Positions 39,244 to 51,435 of a stretch of DNA of 64,000 nt are shown one piece after another. Source of the DNA: Marsupella aquatica (lineage: Eukaryota; Plantae; Marchantiophyta); assembly GCA_973895155.1 (NCBI GenBank), contig OZ316896.1, positions 3,510,738-3,574,737 of the forward strand, written 5' to 3'. Every line of letters begins with the position of its first letter. The stretch's first letter is position 1. The translations under genes were made by a program, and so were the position numbers. The notes under the pieces were generated by a model that had not been told where the DNA came from, made no database searches, and saw nothing but the letters and a program-made list of their open reading frames with translations.

Positions 39244-42200
39244 ATGGGGATTTTCTTTCGAGGGGACAAGGTTTGCCTCGTAATCGACGGAGTGGAAGTT
39301 GCTTGCGGGACCGTCCTCAAGGTTGACCCGGGTGACTCAGTGCGTAATGTTGATTTGGGAAGTAATCATATAGGAGTTCTCATTGAGAAGTGCTATGAGG
39401 GATCACGGGAAATTCCTTACCCTTTGCCGCCGATCAGGACCCTGTTTGATGCTGTCGACTCCTGCATTATTTGGGATGCCTCTTTTGAATATTTGAAGTC
39501 ATAGTCAACTCCAGCGACAACACAAATGGATGCCTCTTGTTCTACAAAGGATACGGTTCCCGGTTTTGTACCAGAAAAATCTTTGGTGGGAAGTTTTGGA
39601 GACTCGATTATATCTGGCGATGAAGTTGAGCTCTGGATCGGCAATCAGATTGTGGCTCGTGGATTTGTGTTCAAGACGAATCCCGATGAGACCTGTCACA
39701 ATGAAAGACTTGGCACTTCTAGGATTAGTGTGAAAACATGTGAAGTTTTTCAAGGAAGGGAGAGGTTACCCTTTCCTCACAATGGAGCCGATACCGTTCA
39801 GGAAGCATTGGACACTTTTGTATTCTGGAATTTAAAGGATGTTACTCGAAGGAGTTCTTCCCAGGATATGCTAAACGACCTGTCCACACGAGATGTTTTT
39901 TCAAATTATAATTTCAAGGATTATAGTTTGCGTTCTAATTGGACGACCGAGGAGGTGGAATTGTATGCTGAGGATAATTGGACCAAAGTGGGGGTTGGCA
40001 TCATCACAGTTCCTTTTGAGTCAGGTGCAATTGATAATGATGTTCTTGGACCAGATCACGTTGGGGTTGCTGTCACACGCGTGATTGACCCTCTATTTTT
40101 CCCAAATATCTCCCTAGGAGTGCCTGGTCTTGTTAGGTGGACCGTCCGTTCACTTCTGCTGATATCAAGGGGTATTTTTCTTTTGGATCTCATTGAAGTG
40201 GTTTCTCCGAAACCAATTATTGATGGTCGAGATCATCTAGAGGTAGATATGAAAGGTGACACTGAGTTTTCAAAGCGCCCGTATAATTTCATCAAGAGAA
40301 CGAAGGTCAACCCAGATAAAAAAAGGAAGAAGCACTTGGAGTCTCGGGCGATACTGAAAATCACAGAGGAGGAAATCGACTCCATCCAAAGAGAAGGTTG
40401 TTGTAAGTTGAAGTGTTGGCTCAGCATGCCGAGAGAAGACCTATAGGCGATCAAGAGGGAATACCATGGGATGTCAAGCGACAACAAAACCAGTCACATT
40501 CTCACTCTTTTTGGCTGTAGGGAGAAGGAAGTGGAGACAAAAGGATATTTCGTTGTAAGTAGACTTGTTTGCAAGGGTGCATTTATTAAAATGCATGGAT
40601 TCAGCACTGCCAAGTATTATGATTACAAAAATCAATATGAAGCAGGTTGCACGGTTGGATTCCATGGAAACAAGGGTTCACACAAGACACGGGGAAGCAC
40701 CTTGCATGCTCGTGCTTTGTTGGAGTCCATTCTAACCCAAAACGGAGAACCCATGCCGCATCTTCCCTATGGAGGGTCTCACGGGATTGACACAGTTGAG
40801 TACAGACTTCCATCTTGTTTCACCAAGAAAGAGATTTTTGAGTCCAAGGTATACTCAAAAATGGAATTAGATGGCTACGTGAAGGTGAGTGAAAACACTA
40901 TGTATAAACTCTGGAGTGAGTCCTTCATGAATTTTGACTTTCACAAGGGAAGTGCATTTGCAAAGTGTACACTTTGCACTGAGTTCAAAGATCAGTTGAT
41001 GCAGGAGAAGAGAAAGAAAGAGCGTTTAGAGATTGAGGAAAGAAGAGCTCGCCATCTTCGTGAGCAAATGTCTAGGAGATATGTTTACTATGCTCATAGG
41101 GTTCTTGCGAAGAAGGATCCTGAGAACTATCTTTGCATTATACATGACAAGATGGACCAGGCCAAGACATGGATCCCTAGGTTGGTCCCCACTCCTGAAT
41201 CATTGTCTGGTAGTGGTCAACCGCTCCCCATTGCGCTCACTGGGATGTTGACCCATGGAAGGGATCCCGGATTGTATGCTCACTTCAGTTTCACTGGGCT
41301 TTGGCTGGGAGATGCAGACTTCACAGTGACATCATTGGCCAAGTGCCTTAGAGATCTGGAGGATTACAAGGGGGACAAATCTAGAGACCTCCTTGAAGGA
41401 TTATATTGGGCTGCAACGAGGCCAATTTTTCAATCTCTTTTGGACTTTGAAGCATTTCTCGCAGGTTACTTAGAACCCAAAAAAGTCTCAATTGCTAGAT
41501 TTCAAGGAGCTGAAGATGACCAAGACGACTTTGGTGTTGATCCCAAGGCTACGTCTACCTCTTTCAAACCATTGCCAAGGCACCTGACCTTGCAAATGGA
41601 TAATTCAGGGAAAGATAACAAAAACTAGTACGTGATGGCATTTTGCAGTGAGCTTGTTAGTAGAGGGGTTTTTGAAACAGTGCAGATGTCATTTCTCATG
41701 GTTGGTCACACCCATGAGGATGTCGATGCATTGTTTTCAAAAGTATCCAACCAAGTGAAGTACAAGGAGGTTTCTACCCTCTTGGGGTTGATGGCTGAGG
41801 TTTGGGAGTGTGAAAGCATTCATCCTGTCCCACTTGATCCAAGAGGTTGCAGCTTACAAAGAGTTTTTGAAAACTTTCAAGGTAAAAGACATAGAGGGTC
41901 ACTTAAAACCAGTGGCATTTCTTTTCTCTATGAGAGATAATGTTCCAATATATCAATACAAAGCACATGTGAAACAACCTTGGTACCCTCCAACCGAAAG
42001 GTCCATTTGGAGAACTAATTCCAGCACCAATGCTCTCATTTTACCAGAAGGTCAACCATTTGCAAAACCCATCTCCGGGGATGTACGAGGCAAGGTTGAA
42101 GAAATCATCCCATTCCTTAATCGTTACATTGAGTTTTTGAAGAAGAGTTGTAAGGATGAGACCTCTACAGCATATCGTGAGCGGTTTCCTTTGGTGAAAT

Positions 42201-42931
42201 ATTGGGAGATGGTGGTGCAAGTATTATCTGGGGAGCTTACAATTGAAGGGGAGGCAGAAATACAGTTAGCATTGACATATGAATTCTGGCCAAAAACCAA
42301 CCACGGAACTGGTTACAAGGTTAATAGTACAGGAACCTCTGAACCATTGGGGGAGCCTAGTAGTAGTACACAGAATCCACCAATGGTGGAGCTTCAGAAT
42401 GAGTACCTGGAAGAGATGGAGGATCAAGCTGCAACATTTGTTGGCGCTCGACACGAGCGAGAACTTGCATGTTGGATTCCTCTGCAGGACATTCAAGAGG
42501 GTCACTTTGTATTTCTCCGTCCAGAGGATGAATGGGAAAAGAAGAATGGGAAATAACGTTTCTGGTTGGTGAGAGCTTTGGGAGTTGTGGACCCAAACCA
42601 TGAAGTTCCTTCAGGAGACTTGCAATGCAATGAGAATTCTCCTACTAGTGCACGGTATGCTCCTATGTTCCAAGTGCAATGGTGGAGGCCTAAACATGGT
42701 AAGCATGATGCACCGGATCATGTGCGATATTCACGTTGCTTTCAGACCACTAAGACTTGGGAGGTGGATCCTGGGTTTGACAGTGCCACTGAACGTTGGC
42801 AATTTGCTAATTCTGCTATGTATGGATTCAAGTCACGCTCTAGAGAAGAAAATATAATTGATAGAGGTTTGACCATTCCCAAGAATGTTTTGAAAACACT
42901 CAAAACCTACATGGAAGGGATTGTTGAGTAA
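39244..42931 (+). pseudogene. Sola-like (DUF7869-type) DDE transposase with three N-terminal CACTA-TnpA-like repeats
   Basis: CTLC...H zinc motif, CIIHDKMD, LTLQMDNSGKDNKN and FLMVGHTHEDVDALFS; N-terminal repeats VAxG.V....P......LG.....V.......P.P......A....+W; in-frame stops at 39502, 40444, 41626 and 42554, frameshift at ~41830. Confidence 0.8.
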
Positions 42932-42956
42932 GTCAAATATTTTTTAGTAGTCACTC

Positions 42957-43047
42957 TGTCAGAGTGAGGGAGTCTATGTCATTTAGTTTGGAATTAGACA
43001 TGTCAGAGTGAGGGAGTCTATGTCAATTAGTTTGGAATCAGACATGT
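42957..43047. repeat. ~44-bp tandem duplication
   Basis: TGTCAGAGTGAGGGAGTCTATGTCA.TTAGTTTGGAAT.AGACA occurs twice. Confidence 0.85.
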
Positions 43048-43407
43048 CTTTATTAGTACTTATTGTTGGTTAGTACTAAGTAGTATATCTATTTAAGTAA
43101 CTAATTATTATAATATTTTGGGATACTAGTTTGAATAGGTGGAGGTAATTGGACTTGGATACCTTTATAATTGCTTTAATTAATTATTATATCAATACAG
43201 ACTATATATTACATGAAGTCTTAATATCCATGATAGGATGTGAGTGCCTCTTAGTACTGTCTAGTAGTAAACTTTAGTTTCAACTTGAGTTGCTTAGAAT
43301 GTAACAAATTACTTGTCTGAATGGATAGTAAGCCAGGTATCATTCAAATTTAATATATTAAATGCTCTCAATTAGTAACTAAGTAGAAGGTTAATTTAGC
43401 TAGCTAA

Positions 43408-43512
43408 GGGTAGAGATCATATTGAAGCTTTACTAGTTATATGGGTCTAGAGATCATATTATTTGAAGCTTTACTAGTTATATGGGTAGAGATCATATTG
43501 AAGCTTTACTAG
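43408..43512. repeat. ~37-bp tandem repeat, 3 copies
   Basis: TAGAGATCATATTGAAGCTTTACTAG repeated. Confidence 0.85.
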
Positions 43513-43992
43513 ACACTTATATTCTATTAGTCAAATTGAATCAATGTAAGTAAGTTCTACTTATTATCCAACATATTTTACATTATTATCACCCAAATGT
43601 TTTTCTTTAGAATTCAAATTAATATTTCATTTTCTCCTATGTACAATCTTGATCCCCCAAATGTACAACATCTGGTGCCCAAATGTACAACTCCCACTGC
43701 CCAAATGTACAATTCTTGTGCCCAAATGTACAATTCTTGTGCCCAAATATATATTTTTTGGTGCCTAAATGTCCAAAGATCAAAGAATTTTCCAGTTTTA
43801 ATGAATAGACTAATATTCCCATTACCATATATTGGTAACTTGTTGCAATTTATGTTGTGACCTTCCCATTAACATATATTGGTTTGTTGCAGTTTATGTT
43901 TTGACCTTCCCATTTAAATATAATTATTGGTTTGTTTCCAAGTTGTGACTTTTGTAATGCATAACTGAATAGGCAATGCTTCCTCAAGATGT

Positions 43993-44633
43993 TGTTAGAT
44001 ATTGCTCTAGTCTTGTGACTCATGAGCTAACCATACTTAGTCTCGGGGGTCTCACTATATGGGGACCTCCCCATCGCCTGCGATGTTTTTAAGCCTCGGA
44101 CCCCCTAAAATGTAAGAATTTTTAATATTTTTTAACCCCTATAAAGTTGGAATATTCTTGGAATATTCTAAAAATTGGATTAAAAAGACCCTAATGTTCT
44201 TATAAGTCTCAAAATTGAATTTAAAAGACCCTATTGTTCTTCTACAAAAATTCTTAAGTCTTCCCTTAGAACCAATAAAATGACCCTATCCTTCGTCGCA
44301 CGTGATATGCCATTTTTTTGGAAGTGAAACCCCCGAGCACTTAGTCTAACTCGGGTTATTACTTAGCTAATGTTAGCGGTAGTGCTGTTGTGTATTAAGC
44401 CAGGGCTGATGCCAGACCCTGGGTGGAACTTAGGCTCATTGTTACGGAGCTAGTTGAGAGATAGGGAGAGCTTGTGTTGTGGATGCTTGGTATGGCCGGT
44501 CGACCTAGAGTGCAGTAAAGCTCTTGTGTGTTCCCGTGGACGTAGGCCTCATGTGGAGGTGAACCACGTATCTCTCTGTGTCAACTCTTGTGCGTTGGAT
44601 GGTTCATGGGCTTGCACTTGTCTATGCTCAACA
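43993..44633 (+). mobile_element. Solo LTR (Copia-like TGTTAG...CAACA), interrupted by a MITE
   Basis: TG...CA ends, perfect 5-bp TSD GATGT (43988-43992 / 44634-44638); homologous inverted copy at 48466-48809; orientation inferred. Confidence 0.9.
44042..44337. mobile_element. MITE with CTCGGGGGT(C/T)TCACT TIRs and 8-bp TSD
   Basis: 15-bp TIR with 1 mismatch; TSD TACTTAGT/CACTTAGT; the second LTR copy shows the empty site. Confidence 0.9.
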
Positions 44634-47600
44634 GATGTTGAAGAATGGAGCAGCAATGATGGTATGCCAGAGGTGGATGTCAAGCAGACCGACTTTAAGG
44701 CTGAAAAGATTTTTTTCAAGAAGCGCCAAATTTATGAGAAGGTGGAGCCACCTAAACCTAAATTGAAGTCCCGAGTCAAGCACACACGGACTGCCACCTC
44801 CCAGGGCAAGACAAAAGAAACCACCATCTCCATTTCCAAGGTCAAGGACTTTCAAGCTTATGTCTTCCCATGCATTGAGAAACATTGCTTTATTTGCCTT
44901 GTGTACTATTGGATGGGAGTATTTTTGGGTGTGTATAGGCAAAGGCTGTTCTTGACCAAGCATCTAGAGCCAACAGAAGGAAACAGCCAGACTCAAAAAG
45001 GACATGGAACAACCACCAAACAAGAGGCAATTTAAGAAGAACAACAGTGAAGCCGAGGTATGTCACGATGTCTTTCTCTGGAAGCTTTTTCATTTGTTCA
45101 AGTGTTTTCTTGTCTGTCTCATCTTTTGTTTTGTATTTGCCTTTGGTGTGTATCAAGCTTAGGTTCATGTTTATAGACCTGGTTACTTTTGCCATTAAAA
45201 ATTATATAGGTGTACTGGTTAATGTTTTGCAAATACCAATTAGAGGAGGTTGGTTAATGTTTTGTTTCTACCAATCATGTGCATAATGGTTGATGTTTTA
45301 CCTTCACCAATTGTGTATAGTAATGGTTACAATTTTGCCACAAAAAATTATAGAGTTTTGGTTTGACTTTACTGGAGTTAAATTTGGTACGGTTTATGTT
45401 TTGCCGAAATCGTAACACAACCACACTAGATATTTTACTTTGAAGTTAGCCTCTCCTGTGTATATTAGACTTAGCATGTTATGTGTATTGATGCTCTGCC
45501 TTCCAGACGTCTGCACCAAATGAAGACAGCATAGAGGCCACAACATATGCCTCGACCTCCAAGAACTTAGGTGAACAACAGCAGGGCACTAAAGACCCCA
45601 CAACAGATCATGCAACAGAAGAAGGCATTGCTGATGAAGGCAGAGTAGATGTGGCCATAGTGGATGCCTCCACCTCCGACCAAGCTTCACAAGATGAGGA
45701 CACTAATGACAAGGAAGAGGAAGCATCAGAACAAGCAAATACACAACAAGAAGCTAGCAGTGATGGGGCAAAAGATACAGCCATGGATGGGGATGAAAAT
45801 GAAGATGAAGGCACAAAAGATGGTGCACAAGATGAAGCAACCAATGATGGGACCTCAGAAGACAGTGCCACAGGAGTGCCAGATCTGTTGCCACCTAGTG
45901 GCCAAGGTGAATCTAGAGAGGAATCAGGGCATGAAGGCAGCCAAGAAGCCACAAAAGAGGACGGAGCGACAGATGAGCAAGAACAACAAGAACAAGAGGA
46001 ACAACAAGAGGAACCGGATAATGAATGTCTTGCAGCAGCGTTTGTGAAACGCTTGTCTACAATCAAGGTTGGGGCAACTGTATGTTCATTGTATAGTGTG
46101 TGTTGTTTGGTGCTTGTCATTAGATGGTTTAAATGTCCTAAAATGGTGTATGCTTGCCATGTAGGGTAGGGCAAAACAGCCGCACTCTCAGAAGAAGAAG
46201 GTGGCTGCCAACAACAAACCACCTAAGAAGACAAAGAGGGTCTCATTCCTTAATGCAAAGTCTACCAGAGCACCCCTACCTGGCCCAGAATCGTGGGCTA
46301 AGGGGAAATGGACTGAGCAACTGGGTAATTGTATAATGCATGCCCTTGAGACTCTCCTTCCAATTGTCCATCCCTTGCCAGACTTACTTGTCAATGGGGT
46401 TAGTACTCCATTCCTCTAGACCTATAACCTAGCTTGGAGGCTGGGATGGTAACCAGTTGTGGTTGCCAATACATGCCCATAGACGCAAGTTGTGCACTAC
46501 ACGGGAAATTTGGCCCTGGGTTTATCACACAAGGTAACCTTAAACCCTTTTTCAGTTGTGTAATGGTTTATGTTTTGTCTCCATTCCACATCATGTGTAA
46601 TGGTTTAAGTATTGTCTCGCAGGAAAGTGGTCGTGCCATTCCCACCGGTTCATGAAGATCATCTATGGCCAGGGTACTTGTCTGTGTGGGTCGCCCCAGA
46701 TGGCGTCCCAATTTTACCAAGGCATATAGAGCACTTGATGAAACATCGCCGGACCCTCATCATCTTTCACATTGAGAAAACCATACGCCCTAGGGGTGAA
46801 GACATTGGGGTCCTAGAGGACCTATAAAAAAATTCCCATGCCTTACTAGGGATCCTGTGTCCGAGCATGTGCCCATAGTGGCATGAGTGTAGCCAACTAA
46901 CATGTAAAGTTAGGCAGCTCCTATTGGCAATGGTGGATACAATGAATTTTGGATGTATCGGCCCCATTGTGCACTCTATGTCGTGATACTATTGCCTCTT
47001 GTCGCACAGTTGTACTAAAGTTAAGGGTGCCTTTTTGTAGGCAAAACACTTGTTGTAGCTTTAACTATAATAAACTAACACAATTTTGGACCGACCAAGA
47101 AGTGTGACACACTTCTCGTTTAGCCCAATTCCATTTTTTTTCTAAGGCAATGCAATCTCCGATAAAACTGCCGAAAAATTGAAAAAACACGAGTTGCCTA
47201 CATTGCATTGCCCGCGGGAATGCACGGAGCGATACGTGCATCGGGTTTTACATTTGGTCTGTGAAAAAGTCCAAACTGTGAGTAAATTGGTCCGAACCAC
47301 GTAATCAAGGGTCGACCACGTACTAACCCGGGTTAGTACAAATGTAACCATGGTTAGAGCGTCCCCTATATAAAGAGGAGCGGGCTGCCCATAAAAGGTT
47401 TATTTTTGCCGGAGTGAACAACACCTCACTCAGAGCGAATACTGGACTCCTATCAAGTCTTACATTCCTCACAAGAGACTTGACTCTTTCTCCAGAGAAC
47501 CCGATAAATTTATCAGAACTACCATTCCAGTTCGAGTAACATCTATGTAAGGTTGACTTGTCATTTGGTGGCAATGTCCTGACCCGAACGGATTGCAATA

Positions 47601-47715
47601 AATTTATCGCATTCTGCATTCCTCAGTTGCATTCCTTTGAAGAATTGAATATGTTTGAAGAACATCAAATAGAATTATAGGAGTGAGCAATCATTCCATA
47701 TACTATATTCAAGGT

Positions 47716-48005
47716 CCGATAAATTTATCAGAGTCTTCATTCCTTTGATGGATTAAGGATTATTTGAGTCAACTCCGATAAATTTATCGGAGTCTTCATT
47801 CCTTTGACGGATTAAGGATTATTTGAGACTTCAATAAATATCGGAGTTGACATTCCTTTGACGGATTGAGGATTAGTTGAGACTCCGATAAATTTATCGG
47901 AGGCTTCATTCCTTTGACGGATTAAGGATTATTTGAGACTCCGATGAATTTATCGGAGTCTCCATTCATCTAATGGATTTAGGATTATTTGAGACTCCGA
48001 TAAAT
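47716..48005. repeat. ~55-bp tandem repeat (~5 copies), each carrying the palindrome CCGATAAATTTATCGG or a variant
   Basis: CCGATAAATTTATCGGAGTCTTCATTCCTTTGACGGATTAAGGATTATTTGAGACT units. Confidence 0.9.
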
Positions 48006-48075
48006 TGCAAAGATTGACCTCGAAGACATGACTTCTACATGAGTTGGGCTAAACGAGAAGTGTGTCTCCGATAGA

Positions 48076-49180
48076 TTCCAAAGATTGATATTGTTTTATC
48101 ATTATATAAAGTTACAAAACTAAGAATTGTTGGTATGTTGTTTGTGGGTGTACATAGATAGTCATGTTTTGACTCATCTTGAAGCCTTCAATGAGCCCAG
48201 TCTAATAGCGGTGTTATGTTGTCCATATTATCTTTCAATACAAGATAATAATAGGGACAATATTTGTTACTCAAAACCTCGTGCTAATGGATCTAACCTC
48301 GAGAGACCAACCAGGATTACCCAAAATATAAGGAAGAATGAAAGTTACGATAAATTTATCGTTGTTTGTATTCCAAAGATTGATATTGTTTTATCATTAT
48401 AGAAAGTTACAAAACTAAGAATGGTTGACATGTTGTTTGTGGATTTACATAGATAGTCAAGTTTGTGTTGAGCATAGACGACATTCGCAACGGCAAGCCC
48501 ATGAACCATCCAACGCACAATAGTTGACACAGAGAGATACGTGGTTCACCTCCACATGAGGCTACGTCCACGGGAACACACAAGAGCTTTACTACACTCT
48601 AGGCCGACCGGCCATACCAAGCATCCACAGCACAAGCTCTCCCTATCTTTCAACTAGCTCCATAACAATGAGCCTAAGTTCCACCAGGGTCTGGCATCAG
48701 CCCTGGCTATATACACAACAGCACTACCGCTAACATTAGCTAAGTCCTAACCCAAGTTAGACTAACTGTGGTTAGCTCATGAGTCACAAGACTAGAGCAA
48801 TATCTAATAGTTTGGACTTATTTTGAAGCCCTCAATGAGCCCAATCTAACAGTGGTGTTATGTTGTCCATATTATCTTTCAATACAAGATAATAATAGGG
48901 ACAATATTTGTTACTCAAAACCTCGTGCTAATGGATCTAACCTCGAGAGACCAACCAGGAGTACCCAAAATATATGGAAGAATGAAAGTTATGATAAATT
49001 TATCGTTGTTTGTATTCCAAAGATTGATATTGTTTTATCATTATAGAAACTAAGTTACAAAACTAATAATGGTTGACATGTTGTTTGAATGTGGATTTAC
49101 ATAGATAGTCATGTTTGGACTCATTTTGAAGCCCTCAATGAGCCCAATCTAATAGTGGTGTTATGTTGTCCATGTTATCT
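48076..49180. repeat. ~295-bp direct repeat, ~2.5 copies (the second is interrupted by a solo LTR)
   Basis: ATTCCAAAGATTGATATTGTTTTATCATTATA starts units at ~48075, ~48370 and ~49013; the duplicated ORFs at 48127 and 48852 reflect this. Confidence 0.9.
48466..48809 (-). mobile_element. Solo LTR, second copy of the same family (inverted)
   Basis: Reverse complement of 43993-44633 without the MITE; 5-bp TSD GTTTG (48461-48465 / 48810-48814); the empty site is seen in the neighbouring repeat unit. Confidence 0.9.
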
Positions 49181-51134
49181 TTTGTCCGAATTCGTGTTTC
49201 AAATATTTCTAAGAACTCTTGTTATATTTGCTCTTGTGCTTTGCTAACTTCTCCTCTCCAATGCTTGTGCCTTCCGATGCTCGTTTAGCAATGTTGAGAA
49301 TTTTCTTCAATAATAAAAAAGTTTAGAACTTTGCTAGATTGATAGCGATAAATTTATCGGGTTCAATATTCAAACACTTGATTCGATTACCATAATGTTA
49401 AACCATGACAGCGATAAATTTATCGGGATAAGTATTCAAACTATTCAAACAATATATTCACTCACAATTACCCAACAAGAAGCATTGGAATCCTCAACCC
49501 GGTAAAATTATCGGGAGTAACACACAGGATTAGAAACTTACTCTTTTCTGCTTCTTGTTCCTCACCCGAAGATTGAAAAATCCGTCGTTGAATGTGAGTT
49601 GAATGTGGCGACTTGAATGCCGAGTGCGATACACGTATCGGTTGCCAGATACCCTCTCCATAACCCGGGATGGATGGTCTGAGGCGACGTCTCAGACCTA
49701 AACGTGGGATTGAAATTTTCTCAATTCTTGGCGATGGAACGCTCAAGAGACGACGCTTCTTAGGTTTATTAGGCGACACATAGTAAGAACTGGGCTTAGG
49801 ACCAGAACTTGCATCAGAATCCCAATCAAAGTCAAAGATTTCAGGCACAATCTACTATATGAGAGAGGTAGAGCTTTAGGGATGCAACTTGGCAAAGAGC
49901 AAGTGACAACATTAGGAGAGGATTTTAACTAAACTTGAAGGTGAATCTGTGTCTGATTGAGACATGGTTATCCGAGACACTATGGGGCTTTGCATTACTC
50001 CCTCAATCAGGGAAAACTAATGGCTCAACGGACAAAATATTGCTCCAAGAACACAACTCCCAAAAATCTACTATGGATAATGATGCCAAAAACTTATCGG
50101 TGGTGGCCCTTTTATAGTGTCTGTTGACGGGTGGCCCACGTGGCCACTTTTGATTGGTCGTCGCCCTAAATGACAAAATAGCAGAGAAGGGTATATTTCT
50201 TGGATTTCCAATTTCATTCTTACACGTGCATCGTGGCAAAATTATATAGTTTTGAAATTTAACCGATAAATTTATCTGATGTTGGTATTGCAAAAAGTGT
50301 TTCCTTCATATGGAAGTTGAAATTTTGAAATTGAAGCGATAAATTTATTTAATGTTGGTATTGCAAAAAGTGTTTTCTTCAGATGGATAGTTGCAATTTT
50401 GAAATTTAACCGATGAACAGAAGGATCTTAGTATTGTTGGCAAGTATTTTTGCCGTTCGTAGTTTTTGTGATAATTTTATCGGACTGCGCATTGTTGTTG
50501 AAATAACGGCATGTTGACTATGGTCACTTGCGGGAGGTAACTATGGTCAATTGCGGAGGTAACTGCAAGGTAAGTTTGACCAACCGTGCAATAATTTCTT
50601 ATCGACTGTGATGTAAAATAGTTACGGTAAATAACCAAAAACTGAGAAAATTGAGATTGGGTCGGAACTTTCATGGTTGAAATCCAGAGTCCGATATAGT
50701 TATCGGACTTTGCTCAAAATGTGGTTATGGATTTCTAGATAAGACCTTTCATATATCTTCGGAGAGCGTGAATATGAGGTTCAGGTGAAAGTTTTTCGTA
50801 TCTAATTTTCCTTGATAAATTGTATGTTTGTGAGCATTAATTTCAGTGGTTTTGAACATTCCTGAATTTCTTGATTCAATCCGAACTTTGATACGGATTA
50901 CATTATTTCCCCCAAAACTTGTTTTTGATTAAAAAAACCACCGATTTTGTGAGATTTGGCGGAAATTGAAAACACACTTCTCGTTTGCGGAAATAGTTCT
51001 CGTTTGCGGAAATAGTTCTCGTTCGGTCGGAAATCGTGTTAACTCATCATGGTTTTTGCTCCTAAAAAATTTTCCATTGCATATTGGATATTTGTCTCCA
51101 AGTTATGGTGTATGATTTGCCATTAGTAGGCAAC

Positions 51135-51435
51135 ACATTTTGCACGAGTCATTGTTAATGTTTTGCTATTACAAGGTACCCAATACATTCTGGCAATCAT
51201 GGTTAAGGTTTTGCCATTACAAGCTAATTACCCAATACATTTTGCACGAGTCATTGTTAATGTTTTGCTATTACAAGGTACCCAATACATTCCAGCAGTC
51301 ATGGTTAAGGTTTTGCCATTACAAGCTAATTACCCAATACATTTTGGACGACTCATGGTTTATGTTGTGCTATTACAAGGTACACAATACATTTTGGGAG
51401 AGTCATGGTTCAGGTTTTGCCTTTACAAGGTACAC
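51135..51435. repeat. ~101-bp tandem repeat (3 copies, two ~50-bp subunits each) carrying GTTAA(T/G)GTTTTGC
   Basis: Seen directly; the repetitive ORF translation at 51140-51457 reflects it. Confidence 0.85.

Larger units (their letters stand above)
31243..40242. repeat. Dispersed 17-bp palindrome CTCGAGAnnnTCTCGAG, ~18 copies
   Basis: Copies at 31243, 31486, 32608, 33400, 35113, 35211, 36791, 36928, 37269, 37538, 37641, 37704, 38769, 38860, 39016, 39083, 39191 and 40226 (0-2 mismatches). Confidence 0.9.
30798..43808. mobile_element. ~13-kb DNA transposon (element 1): Sola-like transposase plus ParB-MTase-FCP1 cargo gene
   Basis: Perfect 19-bp inverted repeat CTATTCATTAAAACTGGAA (30798-30816 / 43790-43808); lies entirely within one intron (30776-43972) of the outer gene; CCCAAATGTACAA-type subterminal repeats; no clear TSD. 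Confidence 0.65.
47077..51040. mobile_element. ~4-kb non-autonomous TIR element with 4-bp TSD
   Basis: TIRs AACACAATTTTGGACCGACCAAGAA vs AACACGATTTCCGACCGAACGAGAA (20/25 identical); TSD AACT (47073-47076 / 51041-51044); an empty-site-like paralogue ACTATAATTAACTCATC lies at ~51533. Confidence 0.8.

Noticed and set aside
30948-43598. CCCAAAT as a 7-bp TSD for the core of element 1
   Set aside because: The same heptamer is the local subterminal repeat unit, and the adjacent ends show no TIR
47716-48005. Palindromic repeat array as a CRISPR array
   Set aside because: The sequences between palindromes are near-identical, so it is a tandem repeat
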